Below are positions 1-9,544 of a stretch of DNA of 64,000 nucleotides, piece by piece (positions within the stretch are counted from its first letter, which is position 1; each line of letters starts with the position of its first letter). Below the pieces are notes generated by a model, which worked only from the letters and a program-made list of their open reading frames with translations, did not search any database and had not been told where the DNA came from. A program made the translations under genes and the position numbers. Origin of the DNA: Candidatus Cloacimonadota bacterium (GTDB lineage: Bacteria > Cloacimonadota > Cloacimonadia > JGIOTU-2); contig JBNGBT010000004.1 of assembly GCA_049903315.1 (NCBI GenBank), positions 32,001-96,000 of the forward strand. The letters run 5' to 3'.

Positions 1-1
1 A

Positions 2-880
2 AATGGCGAAAAAAATAAAAATCTCAAAACTTGTGAACTTATTTGGACTAACCTATTAGAGCAAAATTGCGACAGACACTCGTTAATGATAAATCTTGGA
101 GGAGGGGTAATAACTGATATAGGTGGGTTTGCTGCTTCTACTTTTAAAAGAGGAATTAAGTATATTAATATTCCTACTACATTATTAGCTATGGCTGATG
201 CAAGTTCGGGCGGTAAAACGGGGATAGATTATCTTGGATATAAGAACATGATTGGCGTCTTTTCACAACCACAGTTTACTATAATTGATACAGATTATTT
301 GAAAACACTTGAAGAAATTCATTTAAAAAGTGGTTTTGCTGAAATGTTGAAACATGGATTAATTAGAAATGTCAAACATTGGAATGAACTTATTAGTGCA
401 GGTTATAAGAATATGACTTATAAATTGATAAAAGATTCAGTTAATATAAAATCCGAAATTGTTGAAAGTGATCCTTTCGAATCGGGACAAAGAAAATTAT
501 TAAATTTTGGACATACTGTAGGTCATGCTATTGAGTCATTATCCCTTAAAAATGACGATAATCATTTGACTCATGGTGAAGCAGTCGCTATTGGAATGAT
601 TGTAGAAAGTTACATTTCATATTCATTAGGTATGATTGATGAAGAAGCATTACAGCAAATATCTAAAAATATTTTTAAATGTTACTCCTTATATGAAATT
701 CCGAAATATGGACTTGAAGAAATTCTCGAATATTTGAAAAATGATAAAAAAAGCATAAAAGATACATATCTTTTTGTTTTACTTAAAAATATCGGCGAAG
801 CTGTTTACAATAACAGAGTTGAAGAAGAAATAATAATTAAGGCTTTGGGTTATTACTCTACTACTAAAAAATATGTATAA
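2..880 (+). CDS. aroB: 3-dehydroquinate synthase family protein (5' end lies outside the window)
   Basis: Frame is open from base 2 (NGEKNKNLKTCELIW...). Motifs GGGVITD, PTTLLAMADASSGGKTG, KNMIG, E-x-x-KHG, RKLLNFGHTVGHAIE and HGEAVAIGM. Confidence 0.85.
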   Translation, partial: NGEKNKNLKTCELIWTNLLEQNCDRHSLMINLGGGVITDIGGFAASTFKRGIKYINIPTTLLAMADASSGGKTGIDYLGYKNMIGVFSQPQFTIIDTDYLKTLEEIHLKSGFAEMLKHGLIRNVKHWNELISAGYKNMTYKLIKDSVNIKSEIVESDPFESGQRKLLNFGHTVGHAIESLSLKNDDNHLTHGEAVAIGMIVESYISYSLGMIDEEALQQISKNIFKCYSLYEIPKYGLEEILEYLKNDKKSIKDTYLFVLLKNIGEAVYNNRVEEEIIIKALGYYSTTKKYV

Positions 881-2066
881 TAATATAACTTTAGTAAATG
901 CACATTGGAACAACCGCGGAGATGAGGCCGCTCATTTAGCATTCATTGAGAAATTACAGCAAATATTTCCTGAAAGTAAAATCACAATCCTTATAAAGGA
1001 TGGAAAATCTGTTGAACAATTTCCTGAATTAAGAAATGTTACTTCTTATGCAGCCAAGTTCAAAGTAAAAATCTGGGAAATCTGGGTTTCTGTCTTAACA
1101 AGAGGTTTTTTTACTTTTAATAAAGAGTTAAAAAAAACTGTTCTGGCTCTTAAGAATTCTGATCTTATTATTTACCCTCCGGGTGGTTCGGTTATTAATG
1201 ATAGATTCTTCTGGTGGAAACAAATGGAATATCTCACACCATTTTTATGTGCTAAAATTTATAAAATACCCATGTTCGTTGCGGCACCGTCGATTGGACC
1301 TTTCCCTAAAAAAAATACTATTAGAAAATGGCTTTTAAAAACTCCCAAAGTAATATGCGTTAGAGAAGATATATCTCGAAAATATTTAGCAGATATTGGG
1401 ATAAAAGATAATGTCTATGTAGCCATGGACTTAGCTTTTTTAAATACCATCGATGAAAAAATGAATGAGGAAAAATTACAAAAACATTCAGAACTTAATA
1501 ATTTTTTAATTACTAATAAAAAAGTTGTGGGAATAACAATATCAGATTTTACTTGGCATGTAAAATATGGAAAAGATGAAAAATTAATGCAAAGAATTGA
1601 GGAATCTTTTCATCAAGTTATTGAAAATTTGGAGAAGAAAGGTTATTCCATACTATTTATTCCACAATTGTTTGGTAATCAAAACGATACTGAATATTTA
1701 TCTCGATTCAAGACCCAAAATTCATTTTTCATAGATGAGAATTATAATACATTCTTTCAACAATACATTATTTCGAAATTATATGCTGTGATCGGTTTAA
1801 GATATCATTCAAATATCTTTGCTGCTAAGATGGGAACGCCTTTTGTCTCTGTAGTTTATGAAGAAAAAATGGAAGGTTTCCTGAAATTGGCTGAACTTAC
1901 TGAATACTCATTACCACTATCTGAAATATCTGCATCAAAGATATTAGAGAAGTTCTTATTGCTTGAGATTAATTATCAGCAGATTAAATTACACCTCAAG
2001 GTAAAAAATAAAAATTGGAAGAAAATAGCTGCAAAAACAATTGAGTTATTCAGGAAATATAAATAA
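873..2066 (+). CDS. Polysaccharide pyruvyl transferase family (WcaK-like)
   Basis: N-terminal NRGDEA, PGGS, SIGPF, VREDIS, DLAF, GLRYHS and YEEKMEG motifs. Confidence 0.85.
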   Translation: MYNNITLVNAHWNNRGDEAAHLAFIEKLQQIFPESKITILIKDGKSVEQFPELRNVTSYAAKFKVKIWEIWVSVLTRGFFTFNKELKKTVLALKNSDLIIYPPGGSVINDRFFWWKQMEYLTPFLCAKIYKIPMFVAAPSIGPFPKKNTIRKWLLKTPKVICVREDISRKYLADIGIKDNVYVAMDLAFLNTIDEKMNEEKLQKHSELNNFLITNKKVVGITISDFTWHVKYGKDEKLMQRIEESFHQVIENLEKKGYSILFIPQLFGNQNDTEYLSRFKTQNSFFIDENYNTFFQQYIISKLYAVIGLRYHSNIFAAKMGTPFVSVVYEEKMEGFLKLAELTEYSLPLSEISASKILEKFLLLEINYQQIKLHLKVKNKNWKKIAAKTIELFRKYK

Positions 2067-3208
2067 TGGCAAAAGGTAAAGTTAATATATTAGATGAAAG
2101 TGCTTTAAGGGATTGTACAGGATGTGGCGGATGTAGTTTAATATGTCCATCCAATGCGATCAACATGAACTTTGATATATATGGTTTTTTCCGTCCATCT
2201 ATTGAGATGGATCTCTGTACTATGTGTGGTGCATGTACCGAAGTCTGTTATAAGTTTAATGAGTTTGATAACATTAATCCTTATAAAAATTCTGAAGTTA
2301 TCGCAGTAACAAATAATTATATTGATGATATGAATTTAGTAACGACAGCAGGTATCGCTACCAGATTGGCTGAATATTTTTATGAAAAAGATTATAATAT
2401 ATGTGGTGTAAAGTATGATTATAATAGTGATACTACAAAACATGATGTAGCAAATTCTTTGGATGATATTTTAGAATATAGAGGTTCGAAGTATATACCA
2501 AGTAATACCAAAATAGCGTTTGAAAAAATCCTGAAAGAAAACAAAAAATCTATTGTTTTTGGTTTACCCTGTCAAATATTTGGACTAAGAAAAGTTATAG
2601 AAAAAAAGAAAATAGCTGATAATTTTATTTTAATAGACTTTTTCTGTGCAGGCATACTTTCTAAGAAATTATGGGATAAATACTTAGATTATTTAAGAAG
2701 AAAATTTTCTATTTCAAAAATAAAACAAATCAATTTTAAAGATAAAACAGAAGGTTGGAGAAAATCATCTTTATATGTAATTGATGAATCTGGAAATAAT
2801 TATAAGCAAAATAGATTTAATGATATTTTTTACGCATTTTTATTGAGAAGAGTACCATATCAAGAAGCATGTTATGATAGTTGTGCATTTCGAAGACATG
2901 TTGTTTCTTCAGATATTCGGCTTGGTGATTTTTGGGGACCTAAATATAAAGCTTGGGATGATGGAGTAGAACTTATGACACTTATGAATGATAAAGGTAG
3001 ATATGCATGGAATGAAATAAAAGATTATTTTTCTTATCAAATATGTAAAGAAAAAGACCTATATGAATCGCAAGATTCAGGAGCTATGAATATGCATGTT
3101 AAAAAACCAAAAAATTATAAACAAGTAATAACTGCTTTATCTTCAAAACAAAATATTGAAGAGATTTTCAGAGATTTGCAAATTGCAAAAATACCTATTA
3201 GTAATTAA
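2066..3208 (+). CDS. Coenzyme F420 hydrogenase/dehydrogenase beta-subunit-like protein with 2x[4Fe-4S] N-terminus
   Basis: CTGCGGCSLICP and CTMCGACTEVC ferredoxin motifs; RGSKY, GLPCQI, DFFCAG and SDIRLGDFWG motifs. Confidence 0.85.
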   Translation: MAKGKVNILDESALRDCTGCGGCSLICPSNAINMNFDIYGFFRPSIEMDLCTMCGACTEVCYKFNEFDNINPYKNSEVIAVTNNYIDDMNLVTTAGIATRLAEYFYEKDYNICGVKYDYNSDTTKHDVANSLDDILEYRGSKYIPSNTKIAFEKILKENKKSIVFGLPCQIFGLRKVIEKKKIADNFILIDFFCAGILSKKLWDKYLDYLRRKFSISKIKQINFKDKTEGWRKSSLYVIDESGNNYKQNRFNDIFYAFLLRRVPYQEACYDSCAFRRHVVSSDIRLGDFWGPKYKAWDDGVELMTLMNDKGRYAWNEIKDYFSYQICKEKDLYESQDSGAMNMHVKKPKNYKQVITALSSKQNIEEIFRDLQIAKIPISN

Positions 3209-3354
3209 TTTAATCAGATGGGTTGAATACTAAGAAAATTTAAAAATTGTTAATGATAAAAGAAGAACTTATGGGTATAGATTAATTCGAAAAACGTAAA
3301 ATAATATTATTTTTGTTAGTTCAGTATTCTGTTCCAAATAAATTAAGGATTTTA

Positions 3355-4476
3355 ATGGAATATAAAACAAGTATTAACTCAATTCTCGAAAAAGCTATGA
3401 GTATTAACTCAATTCTTGAAAAAGCAAAAGAGTATCATAAATATAATTGGTTGGAAGAAGCAGAAAAATACTATAGAGCTATATTAGTTAAGATACCTGA
3501 TCATCCAGAGGCAAATCACAATTTGGGTGATATAGCAATGAGAGTAAACAAACCGGAAGTAGCATTAATTTTTTTTGAAAAAGCTTTAAGAATAAAACCA
3601 GAATGCAAACAGTTTCAAAATTCTTTAGAAAATGTTAAGGAGATGTTAAAATCAAGTTCAATTATTACTCAAAATATAGAGCATTCTGATATCTTTGAAT
3701 TAATGGGAAGTGATTTTATTTTTGAAAGAAAAATAAAATCACTTGAAAATAAGTTGTTCTTACTCAACGAAAAAATAAATAATATACATGAAGCATTGAT
3801 CTCACTAGATGTATTTGAGATGAAAAATATTGATGATGTATCTTCTAGAATGTTACCTATTGAAACTATTAACAAAAACTCAATGAAAACATTAATTGCA
3901 TTTGGGGGTATGGCTTCAGGATTGTCAATGCCGCCGAAAGAATTTTTTAAAAGTTTTATTCATAAAAATATAAATATAATCTTTGTAAAAGATTTTAAGC
4001 AATGTTGGTATCAAAAAGGTTTATTAGGTAAGACTAGTGATATTGAGAGTTCAATTGAGTATCTAAAAAATATTATCCCTAAAACTACTGAAAAACTAGT
4101 AACACTTGGTGCATCAGCTGGAGGGTATGCAGCAATAAGATTTGGTATAGCATTAAATGCTGATCGCATAATAGCATTTTCTCCACAAACATTAATTGAT
4201 GAAGAAACTGCAAGGGTGTTTTCTAAAAGTTGCTTAAGGAATATGATATTTGATAATATTGATTTAGATTTAAAAAAAATACTTGATAAGTATAATCCAG
4301 AAGTTAAAGTAGAAGTTTATTATGCAGTATATAATAATAGAGATAAGACAAATGTAAACAACATAAAAGATTATGTAAAAGAGTTTTCATATGAAACGGA
4401 TACACATTTATTAGCATCATATTTGAAAGAAAAAGGGTTGCTTAAAAAAATTGTAGATTCTATTTGTGAGAATTAA
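3355..4476 (+). CDS. TPR-containing protein with C-terminal alpha/beta-hydrolase-like domain
   Basis: N-terminal TPR (PDHPEANHNLG...FEKALRIKP); nucleophile-elbow-like GASAGGYAA and FSPQT. ATG at 3355 preferred to TTG at 3313. Confidence 0.6.
   Translation: MEYKTSINSILEKAMSINSILEKAKEYHKYNWLEEAEKYYRAILVKIPDHPEANHNLGDIAMRVNKPEVALIFFEKALRIKPECKQFQNSLENVKEMLKSSSIITQNIEHSDIFELMGSDFIFERKIKSLENKLFLLNEKINNIHEALISLDVFEMKNIDDVSSRMLPIETINKNSMKTLIAFGGMASGLSMPPKEFFKSFIHKNINIIFVKDFKQCWYQKGLLGKTSDIESSIEYLKNIIPKTTEKLVTLGASAGGYAAIRFGIALNADRIIAFSPQTLIDEETARVFSKSCLRNMIFDNIDLDLKKILDKYNPEVKVEVYYAVYNNRDKTNVNNIKDYVKEFSYETDTHLLASYLKEKGLLKKIVDSICEN
3370..3425. repeat. In-frame 30-bp-period tandem duplication (SINSILEKA x2)
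   Basis: AGTATTAACTCAATTCTCGAAAAAGC at 3370-3395 and AGTATTAACTCAATTCTTGAAAAAGC at 3400-3425, one mismatch. Confidence 0.9.
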
Positions 4477-4539
4477 AGACACAGAATTAAAAAATAGAAG
4501 GACTAAAGAAATCACATATAATTAATAAAAAGAAAATAA

Positions 4540-5379
4540 ATGCAATACATACGTTTAAATAATAATTTGGAAATGCCAATCATAGGAATCGGAACTTTTC
4601 CTCTTAAAGGTGTATCTTTAATAAAAACTGTATTGAATGCTTATAATTGTGGCTATATGAGTTTTGATACAAGTGCTGCCTACTTTAATGAAGAATGCTT
4701 AGGTGTTGCAATGAAACGTATTATTTCTTATGGTGGATCCTTGCCATTCATTACAACAAAGCTAAGTAATACGAGTCAAAGAGAAAACAATGTTAGAGAA
4801 GGTTTCTTTCATAGTTTGAAGAAATTAGGATTAAAAAAAATAGATTTATATTTAATGCATTGGCCTTATCCTGAAAAGTATTTAGAATCCTGGAAACAGA
4901 TGGAAGCCTTATATAGGGAAGGTTTAGTCGGCGCAATTGGAGTGTGTAATTTTCATCAGCATCATTTAGAACAGTTATTAGAAGTAGCAGAAATTGTCCC
5001 AGCAGTTAATCAAATAGAATTACATCCCCTTTTGTCTCAGAAACCGTTAAGAAATTATTGTAAAGATAAACGAATACATGTACAAGCATACTCTCCTCTT
5101 GCTAGAATGGATCCAAAGCTTGTTAAACATCCGGTGTTAATTGAATTATCAAAGAAATATAAAAAAACTGTCCCCCAAGTAATATTGAGATGGAATATTC
5201 AAGAAGGAATTATGGTAATACCAAAATCGGGCAATAAGAATAGAATAGAAGAAAATATTGAAATTTTTGATTTTGAATTAACAAAAAATGAGATGTTAGA
5301 AATAGATAATATTAATGAAGATTATAGAGTAAGATTCAATCCCGATACAGTAGACTATGTTAATATATTGAAAGCCTAG
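4540..5379 (+). CDS. Aldo/keto reductase
   Basis: FDTSAAYFNE, DLYLMHWP, IGVCNF, NQIELHP, AYSPL and IPKS motifs. Confidence 0.93.
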   Translation: MQYIRLNNNLEMPIIGIGTFPLKGVSLIKTVLNAYNCGYMSFDTSAAYFNEECLGVAMKRIISYGGSLPFITTKLSNTSQRENNVREGFFHSLKKLGLKKIDLYLMHWPYPEKYLESWKQMEALYREGLVGAIGVCNFHQHHLEQLLEVAEIVPAVNQIELHPLLSQKPLRNYCKDKRIHVQAYSPLARMDPKLVKHPVLIELSKKYKKTVPQVILRWNIQEGIMVIPKSGNKNRIEENIEIFDFELTKNEMLEIDNINEDYRVRFNPDTVDYVNILKA

Positions 5380-5446
5380 TTATCAATTATAAATAATAAA
5401 TGTTAGTGTATTATTTTGACAATAATATTGAGGTGTAGCGTGATAT

Positions 5447-5620
5447 TTAGAATGTTTATCTTCCCTTTATAAAGAAGATTTTGATGAGAACCTGACAAAA
5501 TTAGCAATTTAAGAATCTGATAGACCTATTTTATTTGAAGTATTTACTGAGAAAGATAAAGATGCATTAATTTTAATGGATTTTTATGATGAATGTAGAA
5601 AAGCTCTTAAACTACAATAA
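5447..5620 (+). pseudogene. Decayed C-terminal remnant of a TPP-dependent (MenD-like) enzyme
   Basis: Frame reads LECLSSLYKEDFDENLTKLAI*ESDRPILFEVFTEKDKDALILMDFYDECRKALKLQ*. PILFEVFT resembles the C-terminus of MenD-like enzymes. Internal TAA at 5510-5512; no start. Confidence 0.55.
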
Positions 5621-5667
5621 AATAGGAAATTATATAAATAATTCGAATAATTAAGAAATAACCTTAT

Positions 5668-6714
5668 ATGGAAAAGCTTAGAACCGAAGCAGAAATAATA
5701 AAGAACTGGCAGGGAGATATTACAAAACCCCTGGTAAGTATCGGTTGTATTACATACAACCATGAGAAATATATTCGAGATGCTTTAGAAGGTTTTTTAA
5801 TACAAAAAACTGATTTTCCATTTCAAATATGCATCCTTGATGACGCTTCAACTGATGATAATGTTAAAATAATACAGGAATATGCTGAAAAATATCCAAG
5901 GATATTTAAATGTTTTTTTTTGAAAGAAAATACCTGGGGTAAACCTTATCGCATAGAAAGAGCAAAACCGTATTTAGATGCTCGTGATCAAGCAAAATAT
6001 ATTGCTTATTGTGAAGGAGATGATTATTGGATTGATCCATTAAAATTACAGAAACAGATTGATTATCTAGAAGAAAATCCGACGTATGGATTAGTACATA
6101 CAGATGTGAATATAAAATATGAAAAAAACAACAAAATAATTAGTAATTATAACAAAGAAACAAATATAAAACTTTTAGGAAACAATGCATTTGAGGAAAT
6201 TCTTTCCTTTGAATATCCCATACAAACTTGCACTACCTGTCTTCGTACTGAATTGATTCAAAGATATCACTATTCTGATAAAAAAAGATCACAATTTCAA
6301 GTGGGAGATACTCCAATTTGGATGGATTTAGCAATGCATTCAAACGTTAGATACATTGATGAATCAATGGCAGTTCGCAGGATAATAGAAGAATCAGCGA
6401 GCCAAACCAAAAATATAACTAAGAAAATAAATTTCATTAAATCTGTTTTTTCTGCAAGAATGCATTATATTGATAAATATGATTGTTCAACACAATTAAA
6501 AAAAATAGTTCAAATAAAGTATAATAAGAAAATGTTAAAATACGGCTATCATTATACTGATAAGGCAGTTTCTAATAATGCTTATAAAGAACTTAAAGAC
6601 TTAGGGTATATTTTTACATTTGATGACTACATGTTTTTAATTGGTTCAAAAAACCACATATTAAAACTTTTCGTAAAAATTTATTTTAAAATTAATAAGA
6701 TATTAAAGAAATGA
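5668..6714 (+). CDS. Glycosyltransferase family 2
   Basis: ITYNHEKYI, DDASTD and YIAYCEGDDYW motifs. Confidence 0.92.
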   Translation: MEKLRTEAEIIKNWQGDITKPLVSIGCITYNHEKYIRDALEGFLIQKTDFPFQICILDDASTDDNVKIIQEYAEKYPRIFKCFFLKENTWGKPYRIERAKPYLDARDQAKYIAYCEGDDYWIDPLKLQKQIDYLEENPTYGLVHTDVNIKYEKNNKIISNYNKETNIKLLGNNAFEEILSFEYPIQTCTTCLRTELIQRYHYSDKKRSQFQVGDTPIWMDLAMHSNVRYIDESMAVRRIIEESASQTKNITKKINFIKSVFSARMHYIDKYDCSTQLKKIVQIKYNKKMLKYGYHYTDKAVSNNAYKELKDLGYIFTFDDYMFLIGSKNHILKLFVKIYFKINKILKK

Positions 6715-7754
6715 GAAACCGTATTTTTGATAAATTTGCAGAAAACCTATTGATAAATAACACAACTATTGGGATTCATGAAATACTAGAAAAAAATTAT
6801 TATTATTTGGAATCATTACTTACAAAAGATGGTGCCTTAATCGATAGATATGCAAGATCAGCGCTTGATTTTCAGTATCACATTCCCTGGTTTGTCCTAA
6901 GTTCTTCCATGTTGTATAAAATTGAAAACAAAAAGGTTTATATTAAGAATATAGAAAAAACTTTTACTCATCTTAATAAGATTGGTTTCAATGTAAATAA
7001 AAGATCTAATTCTTTTATTAGTATACCCTTATCACTTAGTTTAATTTTTTTAAATGAATCATCAATAACAGACCCATTATCAAAATATATCACAAATATT
7101 GATCATTATCCTGAATATGATTCAAATCAAAATGCAAATAATTTTTTTTGTTTAAAAATGTTAGCATTGTTACTGAAAAAAGAAATTTTACATATTAATC
7201 TTAAACAAGAAGATTTGGCATTTATTGATAAGATTATAAATATAAAAATTCCTACTTGGCAATCTGCCGATGGATTTTTCTATGATTCACCATACACAAT
7301 AAGAAAGAGAATCGGCACCCCCCATCTAACATATCATGCCACAATGTGGATGACTTTAATTTTTTCTGCTCTGTTGTTAGATGACAAGAAACTGATAGAA
7401 AGAAGTCGTTTAGCATTTAAAGCATTGGAATCTGTTACAGGTCCTAATGGTGAAATCTCTTATGGTAGAAGCAATAATGCAAGTTTTGGTTATTCAAGTG
7501 CCATTTTAGCTTGTACACTACATTCAATTATAGAACCCAAGGATAAAGCAAAATTGTTAAAATATAGAAATAAATTATTGAAGAGTTTACTAGATAATAG
7601 AGCAGATGATGGGCATTTTTACATTGTTCCCAATCCCTATGAGAAAAAACGTTGTGGATTTGATCATTATATGTTTGTTACGGTTTACGGAAGCTGGACG
7701 CTTGGATTATTATTATTATCTCATCTATTAATACCATTTGAAGAAAATGACTAA
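6711..7754 (+). CDS. Hypothetical helical (alpha/alpha-toroid-like) protein
   Basis: 347-aa ORF overlapping both neighbours; WQSADGFFYD, YHATM and YGRSNN are reminiscent of toroid glycan-processing proteins. Confidence 0.55.
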   Translation: MRNRIFDKFAENLLINNTTIGIHEILEKNYYYLESLLTKDGALIDRYARSALDFQYHIPWFVLSSSMLYKIENKKVYIKNIEKTFTHLNKIGFNVNKRSNSFISIPLSLSLIFLNESSITDPLSKYITNIDHYPEYDSNQNANNFFCLKMLALLLKKEILHINLKQEDLAFIDKIINIKIPTWQSADGFFYDSPYTIRKRIGTPHLTYHATMWMTLIFSALLLDDKKLIERSRLAFKALESVTGPNGEISYGRSNNASFGYSSAILACTLHSIIEPKDKAKLLKYRNKLLKSLLDNRADDGHFYIVPNPYEKKRCGFDHYMFVTVYGSWTLGLLLLSHLLIPFEEND

Positions 7755-8661
7755 AAAACCAAGAATATTTATAGGTAAAGATTCAGGATTTGTTTCCTTC
7801 AAATCACAAAAATTATCATTAGCATTTAATTTGTATGGGCATCAGGATCTGGAAAATGATGTGGTCGATCCGAGACTAATAGGAGGTGTACCATTTTGGA
7901 TGTGCTTCGGAGATAGAAGTATTATACCGGCTCCTCCTTATTTTCATGGATACAGTGTCAGCGGTCCTTCCAAAATCCCATTTGGAGTAAGAATCGGAAA
8001 AGTTGTTGATACATTTATTAAATGGGGAAAAAATAAATTACATTCAAGTGGTTTTCTATCTTATCTAATAAAAGGTAACAATGAATATATTTTTCAAGGT
8101 TTCGAAGAGTATGAAGTAGATGAAAAAGGAGATATTTTATCAATTAATGGTTCTGGATATTTATGGAATCAAAAAAATGGATTGATGCAAATAATTATCA
8201 ATTCATTTTCAGCTATAATTCCCAAAATCAAACATAAGAAGAATTACAGTTTGATTAATAAAAGTGATTTAAGAATAACTAAAAAAATCGAAGTTACAAA
8301 TGAATTGTTATATATAGAAGATGATTATAGCCAAAACGACTTGAAAAATTATCATGTAATTCCATTTACATTCAGAAGTTTTTCAAATGTTGAATTGAAA
8401 TATATGAATCATTATGTCATTTTTGAGAGTCTTGATAAGCGATTTTCAGTCGCTGTGTCTTTAATTGAAAATGAAAAAGTACATCTGAAAGAAAAATTAT
8501 ATTCAAGTACTGGAGAAGTAATTCTTTGGGAGTTCATAAATTATGATGCAAGTGAAAAATCAAACATTCTCAAAAGAATTATAATACCATTCGATAAATC
8601 TATGGATTTAGTTGTTTTGGATAAACTTATGAACAAAATATTGATCAACAAAATAAAATGA
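7747..8661 (+). CDS. Hypothetical protein (beta-rich, possibly heparinase II/III C-terminal-like)
   Basis: Long ORF coupled to its neighbours (ATGACTAA overlap at 7747-7754, ATGA at 8658); DSGFV near the N-terminus. Confidence 0.5.
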   Translation: MTKKPRIFIGKDSGFVSFKSQKLSLAFNLYGHQDLENDVVDPRLIGGVPFWMCFGDRSIIPAPPYFHGYSVSGPSKIPFGVRIGKVVDTFIKWGKNKLHSSGFLSYLIKGNNEYIFQGFEEYEVDEKGDILSINGSGYLWNQKNGLMQIIINSFSAIIPKIKHKKNYSLINKSDLRITKKIEVTNELLYIEDDYSQNDLKNYHVIPFTFRSFSNVELKYMNHYVIFESLDKRFSVAVSLIENEKVHLKEKLYSSTGEVILWEFINYDASEKSNILKRIIIPFDKSMDLVVLDKLMNKILINKIK

Positions 8662-9533
8662 TAAGAATAGTAAAACTTGTAATTAAAAAGATAAAAAATC
8701 TGTTTAATAATAAATATAGAAAAGGATTTGATAGAAGGCTTAGAATTGCTCCCCATGGCTGTGATCTTAATGAGAATTTGTTAGTATTTAGATATTTATG
8801 TCACCAACTTGACAAAACAATAAAAAATCCATTTGATAAAAACAATATACGGGGTTTAAGAAAATATAATAAAGCTAAAATGATTTTAATATATTTACAA
8901 ACTTCAGAATGGAAAACTTCCTCTGATGTTATTTGGGGTAGTGAAATTCTAAATAAATATGAACTTTGGAAAGAAAATAAATATATTTACGATTTAAAAA
9001 AACATAATCCCAGAAAAAAAATATCAAAGGATCTTAAAGAAATAGTATACAATAGAAGAAGTGTTAGGTTCTGGAAAAAAACATCAATTTCGATAGAAAT
9101 ATTGGAAAAAATTATTGAAATGGGTATTATGGCTCCATCTTCCTGTAATAGGCAACCTTGGAAATTTGTTATCGTTGAGAATACACAAAACATGGAAACA
9201 TTGAACGGTACAAACAATAAATCACTTATTGAAAAAGCTCCATATATTATTTATATTTCAATTGATAGAAGAATGCATCCAGAGATCTTTGCTCCTGCAA
9301 TCGATGCTGGTTTAGTAACTCAGAATATTTTGTTAGCTATTGAATATTATGGGTATAAGGGGTGTCCCGTTTATCAATGTGAGAGTATTAATCAAAAGCG
9401 AAAACAGAAAAGCCTTAATTTATCTAAGCATGATTATATTTATGTCGCGATTCCTTTGGGGCTTGCCCTCGAGGTTCCTGAAATTCCAGTTAGAGTATTA
9501 GTTAACAGTATTTTACAATTTATTAAAACATAA
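8658..9533 (+). CDS. Nitroreductase family protein
   Basis: NRRSVRFW, APSSCNRQPWKF and DAGLVTQNILLA motifs. Confidence 0.88.
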   Translation: MIRIVKLVIKKIKNLFNNKYRKGFDRRLRIAPHGCDLNENLLVFRYLCHQLDKTIKNPFDKNNIRGLRKYNKAKMILIYLQTSEWKTSSDVIWGSEILNKYELWKENKYIYDLKKHNPRKKISKDLKEIVYNRRSVRFWKKTSISIEILEKIIEMGIMAPSSCNRQPWKFVIVENTQNMETLNGTNNKSLIEKAPYIIYISIDRRMHPEIFAPAIDAGLVTQNILLAIEYYGYKGCPVYQCESINQKRKQKSLNLSKHDYIYVAIPLGLALEVPEIPVRVLVNSILQFIKT

Positions 9534-9544
9534 AGGTTTTTCTT

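Noticed and set aside
2066..3208. F420-dependent hydrogenase or methanogen-type metabolism
   Set aside because: No hydrogenase subunits nearby; this domain is a common component of polysaccharide loci next to pyruvyltransferases.
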